Assembly (NCBI GenBank): GCA_963762735.1
Contig: CAVXMG010000029.1
Coordinates: forward strand, 162,351-226,350
Reading direction: 5' to 3'
Origin: an uncultured Actinomycetes bacterium
GTDB lineage: Bacteria; Actinomycetota; Actinomycetes; Streptosporangiales; Streptosporangiaceae
DNA length: 64,000 bases
The first letter of the stretch is position 1. Each line of letters starts with the position of its first letter. The notes beneath the pieces are model-generated. The model made no database searches. It saw only the letters and a program-made list of their open reading frames with translations, and was not told the origin of the DNA. Positions 19,997 through 30,155 of this stretch are shown one piece after another. The translations under genes and the position numbers were made by a program.

Positions 19997-20154
19997 TATG
20001 CAAGAACTTACGCTAAGTTATGCATTAGGGATAAATCGCCACGTTCTTCTACACAACACGTAGTTTCTTAGGAACAGTGGGCGATTCCGCTTGAAAACGA
20101 ATATAGCGGTGTGATCGTCTAGGTTCCTGCGGTCACGTCCTAGCTATATGCCTG
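19997..20154. promoter_or_regulatory. AT-rich intergenic island (candidate promoter / nucleoid-protein binding region)
   Basis: About 160 bp visibly far below the window G+C level (ataatatgcaagaacttacgctaagttatgcattagggataaatc...). Contains the short inverted repeat AACTTA-cgc-TAAGTT. Confidence 0.35.
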
Positions 20155-21865
20155 GTGACCGGGGGGAATCTCGTCATGCCGTCGCCACCTCGCCGACCGT
20201 CACGTTCTGTGAGGGTCCCGGGCAGATCAAGCGGACCTGTGCGGCTGGGACACCAGCCAACAGGTAGCTTGTTCGCGCCCCTTCGCGAGCGACTGCACCC
20301 CGACGACGAGATGCCGCAGACCCCGCACGAGCCGGGCCTTCCGCCGCACGAGCTGGCCGGTGCCAGCCCCGCCGGCGCGGGCCCCGACGACACCAGCCCG
20401 GCCGGGGCCAGCCCGGCCGAGTCCAGCTCTCCTGAGAAGATCCTGGCTGAGACGAGACCCGCTGACGTGGCCCCCGCTGACGCACGCCCCGCTGACACCA
20501 GCCCGGCCGAGGCCGGCCAGGCTGATGCGAACCCTGAGGATGCCCGGCCGCCCGAGGCAGCCAGCCTCGCCCGAGGTAGGCCCTGGCCGCGATGAGCCCA
20601 CGGCCGGGCTGCCGCACCGAACACCCGGCACGTCCAACGCGGCGCCCGGCTCACCGCCACGCTCGCCCGGCTCGTCACCGGGATCCGCTGGCCTGCCGCC
20701 GCGCGTTCCCGCTCGCCAAGGGCCACCGCCCAAGCCCGCGCCCGGCAGCACAGAGCCTGGTGCCGTGCCAGCGCCCCGGCAGGGCGGCGTGCCTGCCACC
20801 CGGCTCGGCTCTATGCCCGCGACCAGGCCCGGCGCCGTGCCGGCGCCCCGGCAGGCCGCTGGACCGCTGGCCAGGCGGCCCGCGTCGCAGCCCTCCTGGG
20901 GGGTGGTGCTGGTCACCACGTTCCGGCTGTGGGTGCACCGCCGGATGGAGAAGACCAGGTGGCGCGTGCTGGCCACGATCTTGGCCGCAGTGATCTTGTT
21001 CGCGGCCGGTGCCATCACGATCGCCCTGATCAAGGGCACCCCCGCGAGCAACTCGTCCGGGACCAGCCAGGGCAGCGGGATCGCCCAGGGCGGGATCCCG
21101 GGCAGCGGGGGAGGCGCGCTGGCCTCCGTCACCGCGGCCAGAAGGCAGGCCGCCAACTGGGTGGCGCAGCAGGTCAACCCCGACGAGGTCATCGGCTGTG
21201 ACCCGGTCATGTGCGCGGCCCTCGAAGCGGCCCACATCCAGGCCAACATGCTGCTCATGCTCGGGCCGAGCCAGCCGGATCCGCTCGGCTCGGAAATCCT
21301 GCTCGACACCGCCACGCTGCGGGCCCAGTTCGGCCCCCGCCTGGAGAGCGTGTACGCGCCGGTCAGCCTGGCAGCCTTCGGCTCGGGCGCGGCGCGCGTC
21401 GAGGTCCGTGTCTTCGCGCCCTACGGTGCGCACACCTACCTGGCCGACTTGGCCGCAGATGTGGCGGCCCGCAAGCTGGCCGGTACCGAGATGCTGCGGA
21501 ACGACGCCATCCATGCGTCCCCCGCCGCCAGCCACCAGCTCATCGCTGGTCAGGTAGACACCCGGTTGCTGGTCACGTTGGTGACCCTGGCCCATAGCCA
21601 CCCGGTGGACATCATCAGCTTCGGCACCAGCCAGGCGGGCGCCTCCCCAGGCGTCCCGCTCCGGTCCGCCGAAATCGCCGGGGCACCTGGTCCCGGCAGT
21701 ACCCCGGCAGCATCCGTTCAGACACTGCGCAGTTTCCTCAGCGCGCAGCAACCGCCTTATCGTCCATCAGCCATCGTCGCGGCGAAGACCGCGTCACGGC
21801 GAACCGTGCTTCGTGTCGAGTATCCGGCGCCCAGCCTGCTTGGCCTGCTCGGCACGCACGGTTGA
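20155..21865 (+). CDS. membrane-anchored hypothetical protein with a long Pro/Ala/Asp-rich disordered N-terminal region (probable frame change near 20560-20597)
   Basis: High GC3 in the frame of ORF 20155..20595 up to ~20570, then in the frame of ORF 20360..21865. One TM helix (WRVLATILAAVILFAAGAITIALI) followed by a conserved-looking extracytoplasmic domain. Confidence 0.6.
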
Positions 21866-21882
21866 GACAAGGAGAAACCTAG

Positions 21883-22776
21883 ATGAGATTCAGGTCCACG
21901 GCGTCCCGGGCTCTGGCACCGGCGCTGATGTCGGTGCTGGGCTTCGGCGCGCTGGCCTCGGGCGTGGCGATTGCGTCGGTTCCCGCCGCATCGGCAGCCA
22001 CGGCCCACCACCACAGCAACAGCGGCTGGATCCGGCTTGCGCACCTGTCGCCGAACACCCCCGCGGTAGATGTCTACCTCTACTCGTTCGGCAACTCGCA
22101 CGCCATGATCGTGCTGCACCACGTTACATACGGCACCGTCTCCCCGTACGAGAAGGTGACCGCTGGCGAGTACACCGTGGCGATGCGCGGGGCGAACGCC
22201 TCGCCCTCGTCGCAGCCGGTACTGTCCACCAGCGTGCAGGTCGATGCGGGCGGCGCGTACACGGTCGCGGGCATGGGCCCGGCCAAGGGGCTCCGGCTCG
22301 TGGTCATCCCGGACCGGCTGACCACGCCGCCGGGCAAGTCGCTGGTGCGGGTGATCCAGGCGTCGCTGCGCTATCAGAAGATCACCGTCATGGCCAACCA
22401 CCGCACGCTGGCCAAGGCGCTCGACTTCGCCCACGTGACGGGCTACGTGCCCACCCCGCCGGGCAGCTTCGACGTGCACTTTGCCGGCATGGGTGCCAAG
22501 GGGTCCGCGGATCTCTCGCTGGGCGCCGGCACCATCCACACGCTGGTCGTGCTGGACGGCTCGCACAACGGCCTGCAGATCGCCAACCTCGAGGACTCCG
22601 CGGGCAGCACGGTCATGCCGACGGGCGGCGCGAACACCGGTCTGGGCGGCACGGCCCCGGCTCCGGCACCGTCCCCGGTGCTGTGGGTCAGCCTGGTCGC
22701 CGCCGGTGCCCTGATCGCCACCGCGGGCGCCTACCGGATGCGCAAGGTGAGGAGCATCGCCCGTCACGTCCGCTGA
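21883..22776 (+). CDS. DUF4397 domain protein, secreted, C-terminally anchored
   Basis: AAGGAGA RBS and signal peptide. Hallmark WIRLAHLSPNTPAVDVYL. C-terminal TM helix plus basic tail RMRKVRS. Confidence 0.85.
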   Translation: MRFRSTASRALAPALMSVLGFGALASGVAIASVPAASAATAHHHSNSGWIRLAHLSPNTPAVDVYLYSFGNSHAMIVLHHVTYGTVSPYEKVTAGEYTVAMRGANASPSSQPVLSTSVQVDAGGAYTVAGMGPAKGLRLVVIPDRLTTPPGKSLVRVIQASLRYQKITVMANHRTLAKALDFAHVTGYVPTPPGSFDVHFAGMGAKGSADLSLGAGTIHTLVVLDGSHNGLQIANLEDSAGSTVMPTGGANTGLGGTAPAPAPSPVLWVSLVAAGALIATAGAYRMRKVRSIARHVR

Positions 22777-22800
22777 ACCGCCAGCAGGAGGCCCAGTAAC

Positions 22801-22831
22801 TGGAGGATCCCCCTGGCAGGGGGATCCTCCA
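22801..22831 (+). terminator. perfect 14-bp stem-loop after the DUF4397 gene
   Basis: TGGAGGATCCCCCT (22801-22814), GGC loop, AGGGGGATCCTCCA (22818-22831). Confidence 0.7.
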
Positions 22832-22960
22832 GTCGGGCACGCACTGGAACCGTGGTTCTTCTGGTACGAGGACACCGAGGACAGCAAGCCCCGCAAGTTC
22901 GGCAGGTCCGCCAAACCCGCGAAGGCTCCTAAACCCGCGAAGGCCCCCAAGCCTGAAAAG

Positions 22961-23777
22961 GTGCCCAAGCCTGATAAGGCGCCCAAGGCTGAGAAGAGCG
23001 GCAAGCCTGCCAAGGCCGGCAAGGCTGAGAAGGCTGTGCCGGAGGCCGACCCGGACGGCGGGCACCGCGGGTCGCGGGGCCGGCTGGTACGCCGGCCCAT
23101 CGCGACCGCCCTGGTCCTGGCCGGGCTGCTCGCGGTCGTGGGCGGCACGGTCGGCCTGACCCGGCTGACCGGTCGCCCCGCGGACGTGCCGCGCCGGCTG
23201 GCCAAATCCGCCCCGGCGCCGCACGGTATCTTCGCCGCACCACCGCAGCCGCACTCCAGCAAGCGGGTGGCCCGGCCGGTGGAGCTGACCATCCCGCCAT
23301 CAGGAGTCCACACCGCGCTGGAGAAGCTGGGCCGGACCCCGCAGGGCACACTTCAGGTGCCGGACAGCACCACCATCGCGGGCTGGTACACCGGGAGCCC
23401 GCGGCCAGGTGAGATCGGCTCATCGATCATCGCCGGGCACATCGACTCCACCACAGGGCCCGGCGTCTTCTTCCGGCTGCGCCTGCTCCGGAAGGATGAC
23501 CTGGTGTACGTGCTGCGCACGGACGGCACGCTGGCGGTATTCCGCGTGTACGCCGAGCACATGTACGCCAAGGCCCACTTCCCGACCGAGCAGGTCTACG
23601 GGCCGGTTCCCGACGCCGAGCTGCGCCTCATCACGTGCGGCGGCGTGTTCGACTCAGCGACCAGGCTCCTACCTGAGCAACGTGGTCGTCTACGCCACCC
23701 AGGTCAGCGTGCGCCAGCCGCGGCACCATCACCACGGCCGGCGGCACGGTCACCATCCCCGGGCGCGCCACTCCTGA
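22961..23777 (+). pseudogene. class F sortase; frame interrupted by one extra nt at about 23663
   Basis: TM anchor, then IAGHIDS...LRLITCGGVFDSAT in the frame of ORF 22961. The expected C-terminus GSYLSNVVVYATQV continues in the frame of ORF 23409..23777. Confidence 0.75.
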
Positions 23778-24415
23778 ACGTGCGGGCGCTCGGTGCCCAC
23801 CGTGGTGTCCTTGCCGTGGCCCGGGTACACCCAGGTGCCGTCCGGCAGCGTGCCGAACACCCGTTCCTCCAGGTCGTCCATGAGCTGGCCGAACCGTTTC
23901 TGGTCCTGCTCGGTGTTGCCGGGCCCGCCGGGGAACAGTGAGTCGCCGGTGAACAGGTGCGGGGTGCCGGCAAGCTCGCCGCCCGCGTCGTAGCACAGCG
24001 CGATGCTGCCCGGCGTGTGCCCGCGCAGGTGGATCACGGAGATCTCCCGGGAGCCCACCGGGACCGTGTCGCCGTGGCTGACCAGGCCGGTGACTGGCAC
24101 CGGAAGCTCGGGCGCGTCGTCGGGGTGCGCGATCACCGCGGCACCGGTCGCGGCCTGCACCTCGGCCAGCGCCTGCCAGTGATCCCAGTGCCGGTGGGTG
24201 GTGACGATCCTGGTCAGCGGCCGGCCGCCAAGCAGTTCCAGCAGCCGCGGCGCCTCGTTGGCCGCGTCGATCAGCACCAGCTCACCGGTCTGCGCGCATT
24301 CGAGCAGGTAGGCATTGTTGTCCATGGGCCCGACGGCGAGCTTGGTCACCTTCAGGCCGGTGATCTCCCGCGCGTCGGGCGGGCCTCCCACGGTCACGTC
24401 CCCGGTATAGGCCAC
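23750..24415 (-). CDS. MBL-fold metallo-hydrolase (glyoxalase II-like)
   Basis: THRHWDH metal-binding motif. Length is typical for the family. Confidence 0.9.
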   Translation of the reverse strand: MAYTGDVTVGGPPDAREITGLKVTKLAVGPMDNNAYLLECAQTGELVLIDAANEAPRLLELLGGRPLTRIVTTHRHWDHWQALAEVQAATGAAVIAHPDDAPELPVPVTGLVSHGDTVPVGSREISVIHLRGHTPGSIALCYDAGGELAGTPHLFTGDSLFPGGPGNTEQDQKRFGQLMDDLEERVFGTLPDGTWVYPGHGKDTTVGTERPHVQEWRARGW

Positions 24416-24472
24416 GGTCTCTCCTCACGTTCGTGTGCCTTCTTTTCTTACCAAACGGCCGGCCGCGGAGCC

Positions 24473-25198
24473 CTACCGCCACGGCGGCAACTCTGGCAGC
24501 GCGTCACCGCGGGCCAGGGTCAGCCTGGCGCCATCGCCCCGGCCGAGCAGCCAGGCCAGCAGGTCGGCAGGCTGCCCGCGGATGATCGCCGACGGCGGGC
24601 CGGCCTGCTCCGGGCCGAGCCGGAACGAGTCCTCGGCGCCGTCCGCCCAGGCCACGCAGGGCGGCATGTCGTCCCGCCCGGCGAAAGACTCAGCGACTCT
24701 GGGCAGCGCTTCGCTGAGGAAGTCCTCGGGCCAGTCGCCGGGCGAATAGCCCGCGGCCACGTCCACGTGGTGGATCTCGACCTCAGAAAGCCGCCGTTCC
24801 AGCACCCCCAGGGCCGGGAAGGGCGGCCCGTTCAACGCGCGGACCTGGGCCGTCCAGGCGCCGTCCGGCATGCTGGCCGCCTCGGCGGCGAACCCGGCCG
24901 CGGAGTCGCGCACGTCGGCGGCGAGGGCGGCCGCGGGCCGCCCGGCGCCCGCCTCGATATCCGCGGCGCGGCTCTGCGGGCTGGTGTACATCGGGGTCTG
25001 CGTGCCGGTCCGCGCCCAGTGCAGCAGGTTGACCATCCCGTCGGAGTTGCGGGCGATATGGGTCAGCACGTGCCCCCGGCTCCAGCCCGGCAGCAGTGAC
25101 GGTTCGCGCGCCTGGGCGTCGCTGAGCGCGGTGGCGGTCGCGAGCAGGCGATCGGTCGCCGCCGCGAGCCGGTCCAGGGAATGACTGGCCTCGTCCAT
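24473..25198 (-). CDS. maleylpyruvate isomerase family mycothiol-dependent enzyme (DinB-like N-terminal domain)
   Basis: N-terminal motif LPGWSRGHVLTHIARNSDGMVNLLHWARTG. Confidence 0.85.
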   Translation of the reverse strand: MDEASHSLDRLAAATDRLLATATALSDAQAREPSLLPGWSRGHVLTHIARNSDGMVNLLHWARTGTQTPMYTSPQSRAADIEAGAGRPAAALAADVRDSAAGFAAEAASMPDGAWTAQVRALNGPPFPALGVLERRLSEVEIHHVDVAAGYSPGDWPEDFLSEALPRVAESFAGRDDMPPCVAWADGAEDSFRLGPEQAGPPSAIIRGQPADLLAWLLGRGDGARLTLARGDALPELPPWR

Positions 25199-25256
25199 GC
25201 GCTGTCACCTTTCAGGTATCGGGGCCAATCCTTGCGCACCGCATGGCAGTCTGACA

Positions 25257-25332
25257 GTGCTAGCCGGGGAGCGACCCCCGGAACCCCCGGTGGCCTCACG
25301 GCCCCGCGACTTCGTCGCGTTGCCGTAGGCCC
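25257..25332. repeat. interspersed double-hairpin repeat, copy 1 (full length, diverged left hairpin)
   Basis: GTGCTAGCCGGGGAGCGACCCCCGGAACCCCCGGTGGCCTCACGGCCCCGCGACTTCGTCGCG... matches the core seen in copies 2-8. Confidence 0.8.
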
Positions 25333-25394
25333 TGTCGGCGGGCCAACCTACGGGTAGGTCCTCGGCAAGACCGGTGATCTGCGGAAACCGGTTT

Positions 25395-25416
25395 TGTCAG
25401 TGCCCCCGGATACCAT
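25395..25416 (+). promoter_or_regulatory. RecA-NDp / PafBC-type DNA-damage promoter upstream of uvrA
   Basis: TGTCAGTG (25395-25402), 8 nt, TACCAT (25411-25416). This fits the consensus tTGTCRgtg-N8-TAnnnT, 48 bp upstream of the uvrA GTG. Confidence 0.6.
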
Positions 25417-25463
25417 GACGTGTCCCTTTGACCTCGGCCGAACCCATCAGAGAGCAGAGCGCT

Positions 25464-28319
25464 GTGGCTGATCGTCTTGTTGTGCGCGGGGCGCGCGAGC
25501 ACAACCTCAAGGACGTGTCGCTCGACCTGCCCAGGGACTCCATGATCGTGTTCACCGGGCTGTCCGGCTCGGGGAAGTCCAGCCTGGCGTTCGACACCAT
25601 CTTCGCCGAGGGCCAGCGGCGGTACGTGGAGTCCCTGTCCGCGTATGCCCGCCAGTTCCTCGGGCAGATGGACAAGCCCGACGTGGACTTCATCGACGGG
25701 CTGTCCCCGGCGGTGTCGATCGACCAGAAGGCGGCCAGCCGCAACCCGCGATCCACCGTCGGGACCATCACCGAGGTCTACGACTACCTGCGACTGCTGT
25801 ACGCGCGAGTGGGCAAGCCGCACTGCCCGGTCTGCGGCCGGCCGATCGCCAGGCAGACGCCGCAGCAGATCGTGGACCGGGTGCTCGAACTCGACGAGGG
25901 CACCAGGTTCCAGGTGCTCGCCCCCGTGGTCCGCGGGCGCAAGGGCGAGTACACAGAACTGCTCCGCGAACTCCAGGTCAAGGGGTTCTCCCGGGCCCGG
26001 GTGGACGGCGAGGTGGTGCGCCTGGACGAGGCAGGGACCAGCCAGACCCCCGCGCTGAAGAAGTACGAGAAGCACACCATCGAGGTGGTGGTGGACCGGC
26101 TGGCGGTCAAGGAGTCCGCGCGGCGGCGGCTGACCGACTCGGTGGAAACCGCGCTAGGCCTGTCCGGCGGCGTGGTCGTGCTCGACTTCATCGACCTGGC
26201 CGACAACGACCCGCACCGGGAGCGGATGTACTCCGAGCACCTGGCGTGCCTCTACGACGACCTGTCCTTCGAGGAGCTGGAGCCGCGGTCGTTCTCCTTC
26301 AACTCGCCCTGGGGCGCCTGTCCCGACTGCACGGGCCTGGGCACCAGGATGGAGGTGGACCCCGAACTGGTGGTCCCCGACCCGTCGCTGACGCTGGCGG
26401 GAGGGGCGATCGGCCCGTGGAGCGCCGGCCATGTCAGCGACTACTTCCTGCGCCTGGAGGAGGCGCTGGGCTCGGCGCTTGGGTTCGGCATCGACACGCC
26501 CTGGTCGAGGCTGTCCGCGACGGCCAAGAAGGCGCTGCTTTACGGCTACGACGAGCAGGTGCACGTCCGCTACAAGAACAGGTACGGCCGGGAGCGGTCG
26601 TACTACACCAGCTTCGAGGGCGTGGTGCCGTACATCGAGCGCCGGCACTCGGAGGCGGAGAGCGACTCCAGCCGCGAGCGCTTCGCCGGGTACATGCGCG
26701 AGGTGCCCTGCCCGACCTGCCATGGGGCCCGGCTCAAGCCGGTGTCCCTGGCGGTGACCGTGGACAGCAAGTCGATCTCCGAGTTCTGCGCGCTGCCCAT
26801 CGGGGAACTGGCCAAGCTGCTGCTGGCGCTGAACCTGTCCGACCGGGATCACCAGATCGCCGGGCGCATCCTCAAGGAGGTCAACGCCCGGCTCGGGTTC
26901 CTGCTCGACGTCGGGCTCGACTACCTGACGCTGGACCGCGCCTCGGCCACGCTGGCCGGCGGTGAGGCGCAGCGGATCCGGCTGGCCACCCAGATCGGCT
27001 CCGGGCTGGTGGGCGTGCTGTACGTGCTCGACGAGCCGTCCATCGGGCTGCACCAGCGGGACAACCACCGGCTGCTTGAAACCCTGCTGCGGCTGCGCGA
27101 CCTGGGGAACACCCTCATCGTCGTGGAGCACGACGAGGACACCATCCGCGCCGCGGACTGGGTCGTGGACATCGGCCCGGGCGCGGGCGAGCACGGCGGC
27201 AAGATCGTGGTGTCCGGGCCGCTGGCCGACCTGCTGGCCAGCAGGGACTCGCTGACCGGCGCGTACCTGACCGGCCGGGAGTCCATCCCGCTGCCGGCTG
27301 TCCGGCGCAAGCCGGTCAAGGGCAAGGAGATCGTGGTCAAGGGCGCCAGCGAGCATAACCTGCGCGGCGTGGACGTGACCTTCCCGCTCGGCTGCTTCAT
27401 CGCGGTCACCGGGGTGTCCGGCTCAGGGAAGTCGACACTGGTCAACGACATCCTCTACAACGCCCTGGCCAGGGAACTGCACGGCGCGCGCACGGTGGCA
27501 GGCCGGCACACCAGGGTCACCGGCACCGGGCACCTCGACAAGGTGGTGCACGTCGACCAGGGCCCGATCGGGCGCACCCCGCGGTCCAACCCGGCCACCT
27601 ACACCGGCGTGTTCGACCACATCCGGCGGCTGTTCGCGCAGACCACCGAGGCGAAGGTGCGCGGGTACCAGCCGGGGCGGTTCTCCTTCAACGTCAAGGG
27701 CGGCCGGTGCGAGGCCTGCTCCGGCGACGGCACGATCAAGATCGAGATGCAGTTCCTGCCGGACGTCTACGTCCCGTGCGAGGTCTGCCACGGCGCCAGG
27801 TACAACACCGACACCCTCGGCGTGCACTACAAGGGCAAGACGATCGCGGACGTGCTCGACATGCCGATCGAGGAGGCGACGGAGTTCTTCGAGCCGGTGC
27901 CCGCCATCCACCGGCACCTGAAGACGCTCACCGACGTCGGCCTCGGGTACGTCCGGCTGGGCCAGCCGGCGCCCACCCTGTCCGGCGGCGAGGCGCAGCG
28001 GGTCAAGCTCGCGTCCGAACTGCAGCGCCGCTCCACCGGGCGGACCATCTACGTGCTGGACGAGCCCACCACGGGCCTGCATTTCGAGGACATCCGCAAG
28101 CTCCTCGGGATGCTCAGCAGGCTGGTGGAGAGCGGCAACACCGTCATCGTGATCGAGCACAACCTGGACGTCATCAAGACCGCGGACTGGGTGATCGACC
28201 TCGGTCCCGACGGCGGCTCCGGCGGCGGCACGGTGGTGGCGACCGGCACGCCCGAGCAGGTCGCGCAGTGCGAGGCGAGCTACACCGGCCAGTTCCTGAA
28301 GAAGCTCCTCAACGTCTAA
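25464..28319 (+). CDS. uvrA: excinuclease ABC subunit UvrA
   Basis: [17 protein letters not shown]-terminus (GTG 25464; the track ORF starts at TTG 25428). Two ABC modules and zinc-finger Cys clusters. Confidence 0.95.
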   Translation: MADRLVVRGAREHNLKDVSLDLPRDSMIVFTGLSGSGKSSLAFDTIFAEGQRRYVESLSAYARQFLGQMDKPDVDFIDGLSPAVSIDQKAASRNPRSTVGTITEVYDYLRLLYARVGKPHCPVCGRPIARQTPQQIVDRVLELDEGTRFQVLAPVVRGRKGEYTELLRELQVKGFSRARVDGEVVRLDEAGTSQTPALKKYEKHTIEVVVDRLAVKESARRRLTDSVETALGLSGGVVVLDFIDLADNDPHRERMYSEHLACLYDDLSFEELEPRSFSFNSPWGACPDCTGLGTRMEVDPELVVPDPSLTLAGGAIGPWSAGHVSDYFLRLEEALGSALGFGIDTPWSRLSATAKKALLYGYDEQVHVRYKNRYGRERSYYTSFEGVVPYIERRHSEAESDSSRERFAGYMREVPCPTCHGARLKPVSLAVTVDSKSISEFCALPIGELAKLLLALNLSDRDHQIAGRILKEVNARLGFLLDVGLDYLTLDRASATLAGGEAQRIRLATQIGSGLVGVLYVLDEPSIGLHQRDNHRLLETLLRLRDLGNTLIVVEHDEDTIRAADWVVDIGPGAGEHGGKIVVSGPLADLLASRDSLTGAYLTGRESIPLPAVRRKPVKGKEIVVKGASEHNLRGVDVTFPLGCFIAVTGVSGSGKSTLVNDILYNALARELHGARTVAGRHTRVTGTGHLDKVVHVDQGPIGRTPRSNPATYTGVFDHIRRLFAQTTEAKVRGYQPGRFSFNVKGGRCEACSGDGTIKIEMQFLPDVYVPCEVCHGARYNTDTLGVHYKGKTIADVLDMPIEEATEFFEPVPAIHRHLKTLTDVGLGYVRLGQPAPTLSGGEAQRVKLASELQRRSTGRTIYVLDEPTTGLHFEDIRKLLGMLSRLVESGNTVIVIEHNLDVIKTADWVIDLGPDGGSGGGTVVATGTPEQVAQCEASYTGQFLKKLLNV

Positions 28320-28354
28320 CGGCTCGGGCGCTGGCCGGCTGGCCTCCGCTGCTC

Positions 28355-28371
28355 GTCGGCCTTCGGCCGAC
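28355..28371 (+). terminator. stem-loop after uvrA
   Basis: GTCGGCC-TTC-GGCCGAC followed by TTCGC. Confidence 0.55.
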
Positions 28372-28391
28372 TTCGCTGAGGCCCGTCCGCG

Positions 28392-28438
28392 GTGCTGGCC
28401 AAGGGGCTGAGCCCCCGGAACCCCACGGCTGCGGTGCG
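28392..28438. repeat. interspersed repeat, copy 8 (core only, diverged)
   Basis: GTGCTGGCCAAGGGGCTGAGCCCCCGGAACCCCACGG resembles the core of copy 6. Confidence 0.5.
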
Positions 28439-28564
28439 CATGTCTCCACCACGCTGGCCGAGACCGGGCCCGGCTGACCCGGCAGGCCCGGGTTCGCACG
28501 CCGCGTCCTTTTCAGGCCGCTGTGTGCTAGTTAGCCTCCGTGCCGGATCGGGTAGGCGCAAGGT

Positions 28565-29620
28565 ATGGGGCGCGCTGAACCGGGTCATGTCGTCGCCGCC
28601 CGGTACCGGCTTCGGACAGTCATCCGCGGGGACGGCATGGGGGCTGTCTGGCTGGCCAACGACGGGCTGTGGCACAGGGACGTGGTGCTCAGAGCGATCC
28701 CCTGGGCGCCGCCCGCCGATGCTGAGGAGCAGGAATCCCGGAGCGAGCGCCTGCTCAACGAGGCTCGCGCACTTGCCCGGCTCGATCATCCGAACATCGT
28801 CGGGGTCCTCGACGTTGCCGGGGACGACGGGTGGCCCTGGATGGTGCTCGAGGCTGCCCCGTTCCGGTTTCCCTATCGTCCGCTCAGCGATGCCGTGCGT
28901 AACGATGGCCCGCTCCGGCCGGAGCAGGCAGCCCAGGTCGGCTCGCAGGTTCTCGCCGCGGTCCGCCAGGCGCACACCGTGGGCGTACTGCACCGCGATA
29001 TCAAGCCGGGCAGCATTCTGCTCGGCCCGGGCAACCGGGTGCTGCTCGCCGACTTCGGCATGGTCACCGCCGACGGCAGCCCGGCGCTGACGACGCTGGA
29101 AGCACTGACCGGGTCCCTGCTCTACATGGCACCCGAACGTGCCAGCGGGAAGCCCGCCACACCCGCGTCGGACCTGTGGTCACTGGGGGCTGCGCTGTAC
29201 GCGGCGGTGGAGGGACGGGTGCCCTTCGACCGCGACGGCACGGTAGCCGTGCTCACCGCCGTCATGAACGACTGCCCCGACCCGCCACGACGAGCGGGGC
29301 CGCTGTGGCCGGTGCTCAGCGGGCTGCTCCGCAAGGACCCCGGCGCGCGCCCAGACGCCGACGCCGTGGACTGGCTGTTCCGGCGGGTGGCCCGCGGGCC
29401 CGGCCCGCCGTCGCTGGCCCTGGCGGCCAGTAACCTTCCTGCGCTGGCCAGTGCCGTCCCACTGCCGGCCGTGGCGGCTACGCCACAGCCCCGAGCCAGC
29501 AGCCGGCGGACGCCGGGACCGCCGAGACAGCGGCGGACTTCGTCCCCGGCTTCGGGCCGCGCGACCGTCCGCCCACGGCAGCGGAGTCACACGTGCGCAA
29601 ACCCTGGCGGCAGCGGTTGA
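28565..29620 (+). CDS. Ser/Thr protein kinase-like protein (predicted pseudokinase)
   Basis: G-loop GDGMGAV, HRDIKPGS, ADFG and MAPE motifs are present. The beta3 Lys is replaced (VVLRAI) and the catalytic-loop Asn is replaced by Ser. Confidence 0.8.
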   Translation: MGRAEPGHVVAARYRLRTVIRGDGMGAVWLANDGLWHRDVVLRAIPWAPPADAEEQESRSERLLNEARALARLDHPNIVGVLDVAGDDGWPWMVLEAAPFRFPYRPLSDAVRNDGPLRPEQAAQVGSQVLAAVRQAHTVGVLHRDIKPGSILLGPGNRVLLADFGMVTADGSPALTTLEALTGSLLYMAPERASGKPATPASDLWSLGAALYAAVEGRVPFDRDGTVAVLTAVMNDCPDPPRRAGPLWPVLSGLLRKDPGARPDADAVDWLFRRVARGPGPPSLALAASNLPALASAVPLPAVAATPQPRASSRRTPGPPRQRRTSSPASGRATVRPRQRSHTCANPGGSG

Positions 29621-29644
29621 TCACCGCCGGCAAGGCGCGCTAGC

Positions 29645-30061
29645 TCAGCGGGCGCGCATCCGGTTGTTGCGCGCGTTGTGCTCGACCTCGGCGAGCCCAA
29701 GCGCCTCCAGCACCGGCGGCACGTAGTTGCCGAACCGCCCGCGCAGCCCCTTCTTCATGCCGTACCAGCCGCCAACCGGATTAGCGGGGGAGCGGCCCCA
29801 GGCCTCCACCGTCCCGTCCTGCGCGGGCTTCTGCTCGTCGGCGTTGCCCAGCGGTACCCAGTCGCCGCGCTCCTTCAGCATCGCGTGCAGGTCGTCGATG
29901 CAGCGCAGTTGGTAGCGGAGCTGGGTCGTGCCGACCTGGACAACCAGGGCGGGCGGCTCGGTACTCTCGTCGCGCCAGGCCTCGAACTCGGACTTGCCGG
30001 GCGGCGTGGTCAGGATCCAGGGATCGCCGGCGGTCCCCGATCCAGTGATACCGGTGGTCAT
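29645..30061 (-). CDS. conserved hypothetical protein (138 aa)
   Basis: Clean ORF with high GC3. C-terminal motif GWYGMKKGLRGRFGNYVPPVLEALGLAEVEHNARNNRMRA. Family not recognised. Confidence 0.7.
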   Translation of the reverse strand: MTTGITGSGTAGDPWILTTPPGKSEFEAWRDESTEPPALVVQVGTTQLRYQLRCIDDLHAMLKERGDWVPLGNADEQKPAQDGTVEAWGRSPANPVGGWYGMKKGLRGRFGNYVPPVLEALGLAEVEHNARNNRMRAR

Positions 30062-30136
30062 CGGTGCTGCTCCCCCTTCGCGGCCGCCCAGCGGCTGGAC
30101 GCCTCATCGCGGACCTGGCGATTATCCCAGCTAATA

Positions 30137-30155
30137 CATGACATCTTCTGTCATG
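30137..30155. promoter_or_regulatory. perfect palindrome CATGACA-TCTTC-TGTCATG in a divergent intergenic region
   Basis: Read directly. Lies in the AT-richer gap between the 138-aa gene and the YafY-like regulator. Confidence 0.45.

Noticed and set aside
22844-22960. A longer sortase N-terminus including the Lys/Pro-rich repeat (..SAKPAKAPKPAKAPKPEK) upstream of GTG 22961.
   Set aside because: It looks coding and is in frame, but no ATG, GTG or TTG lies between the upstream hairpin and 22961 (only a CTG at 22844). It was left out of the call and mentioned as uncertain.
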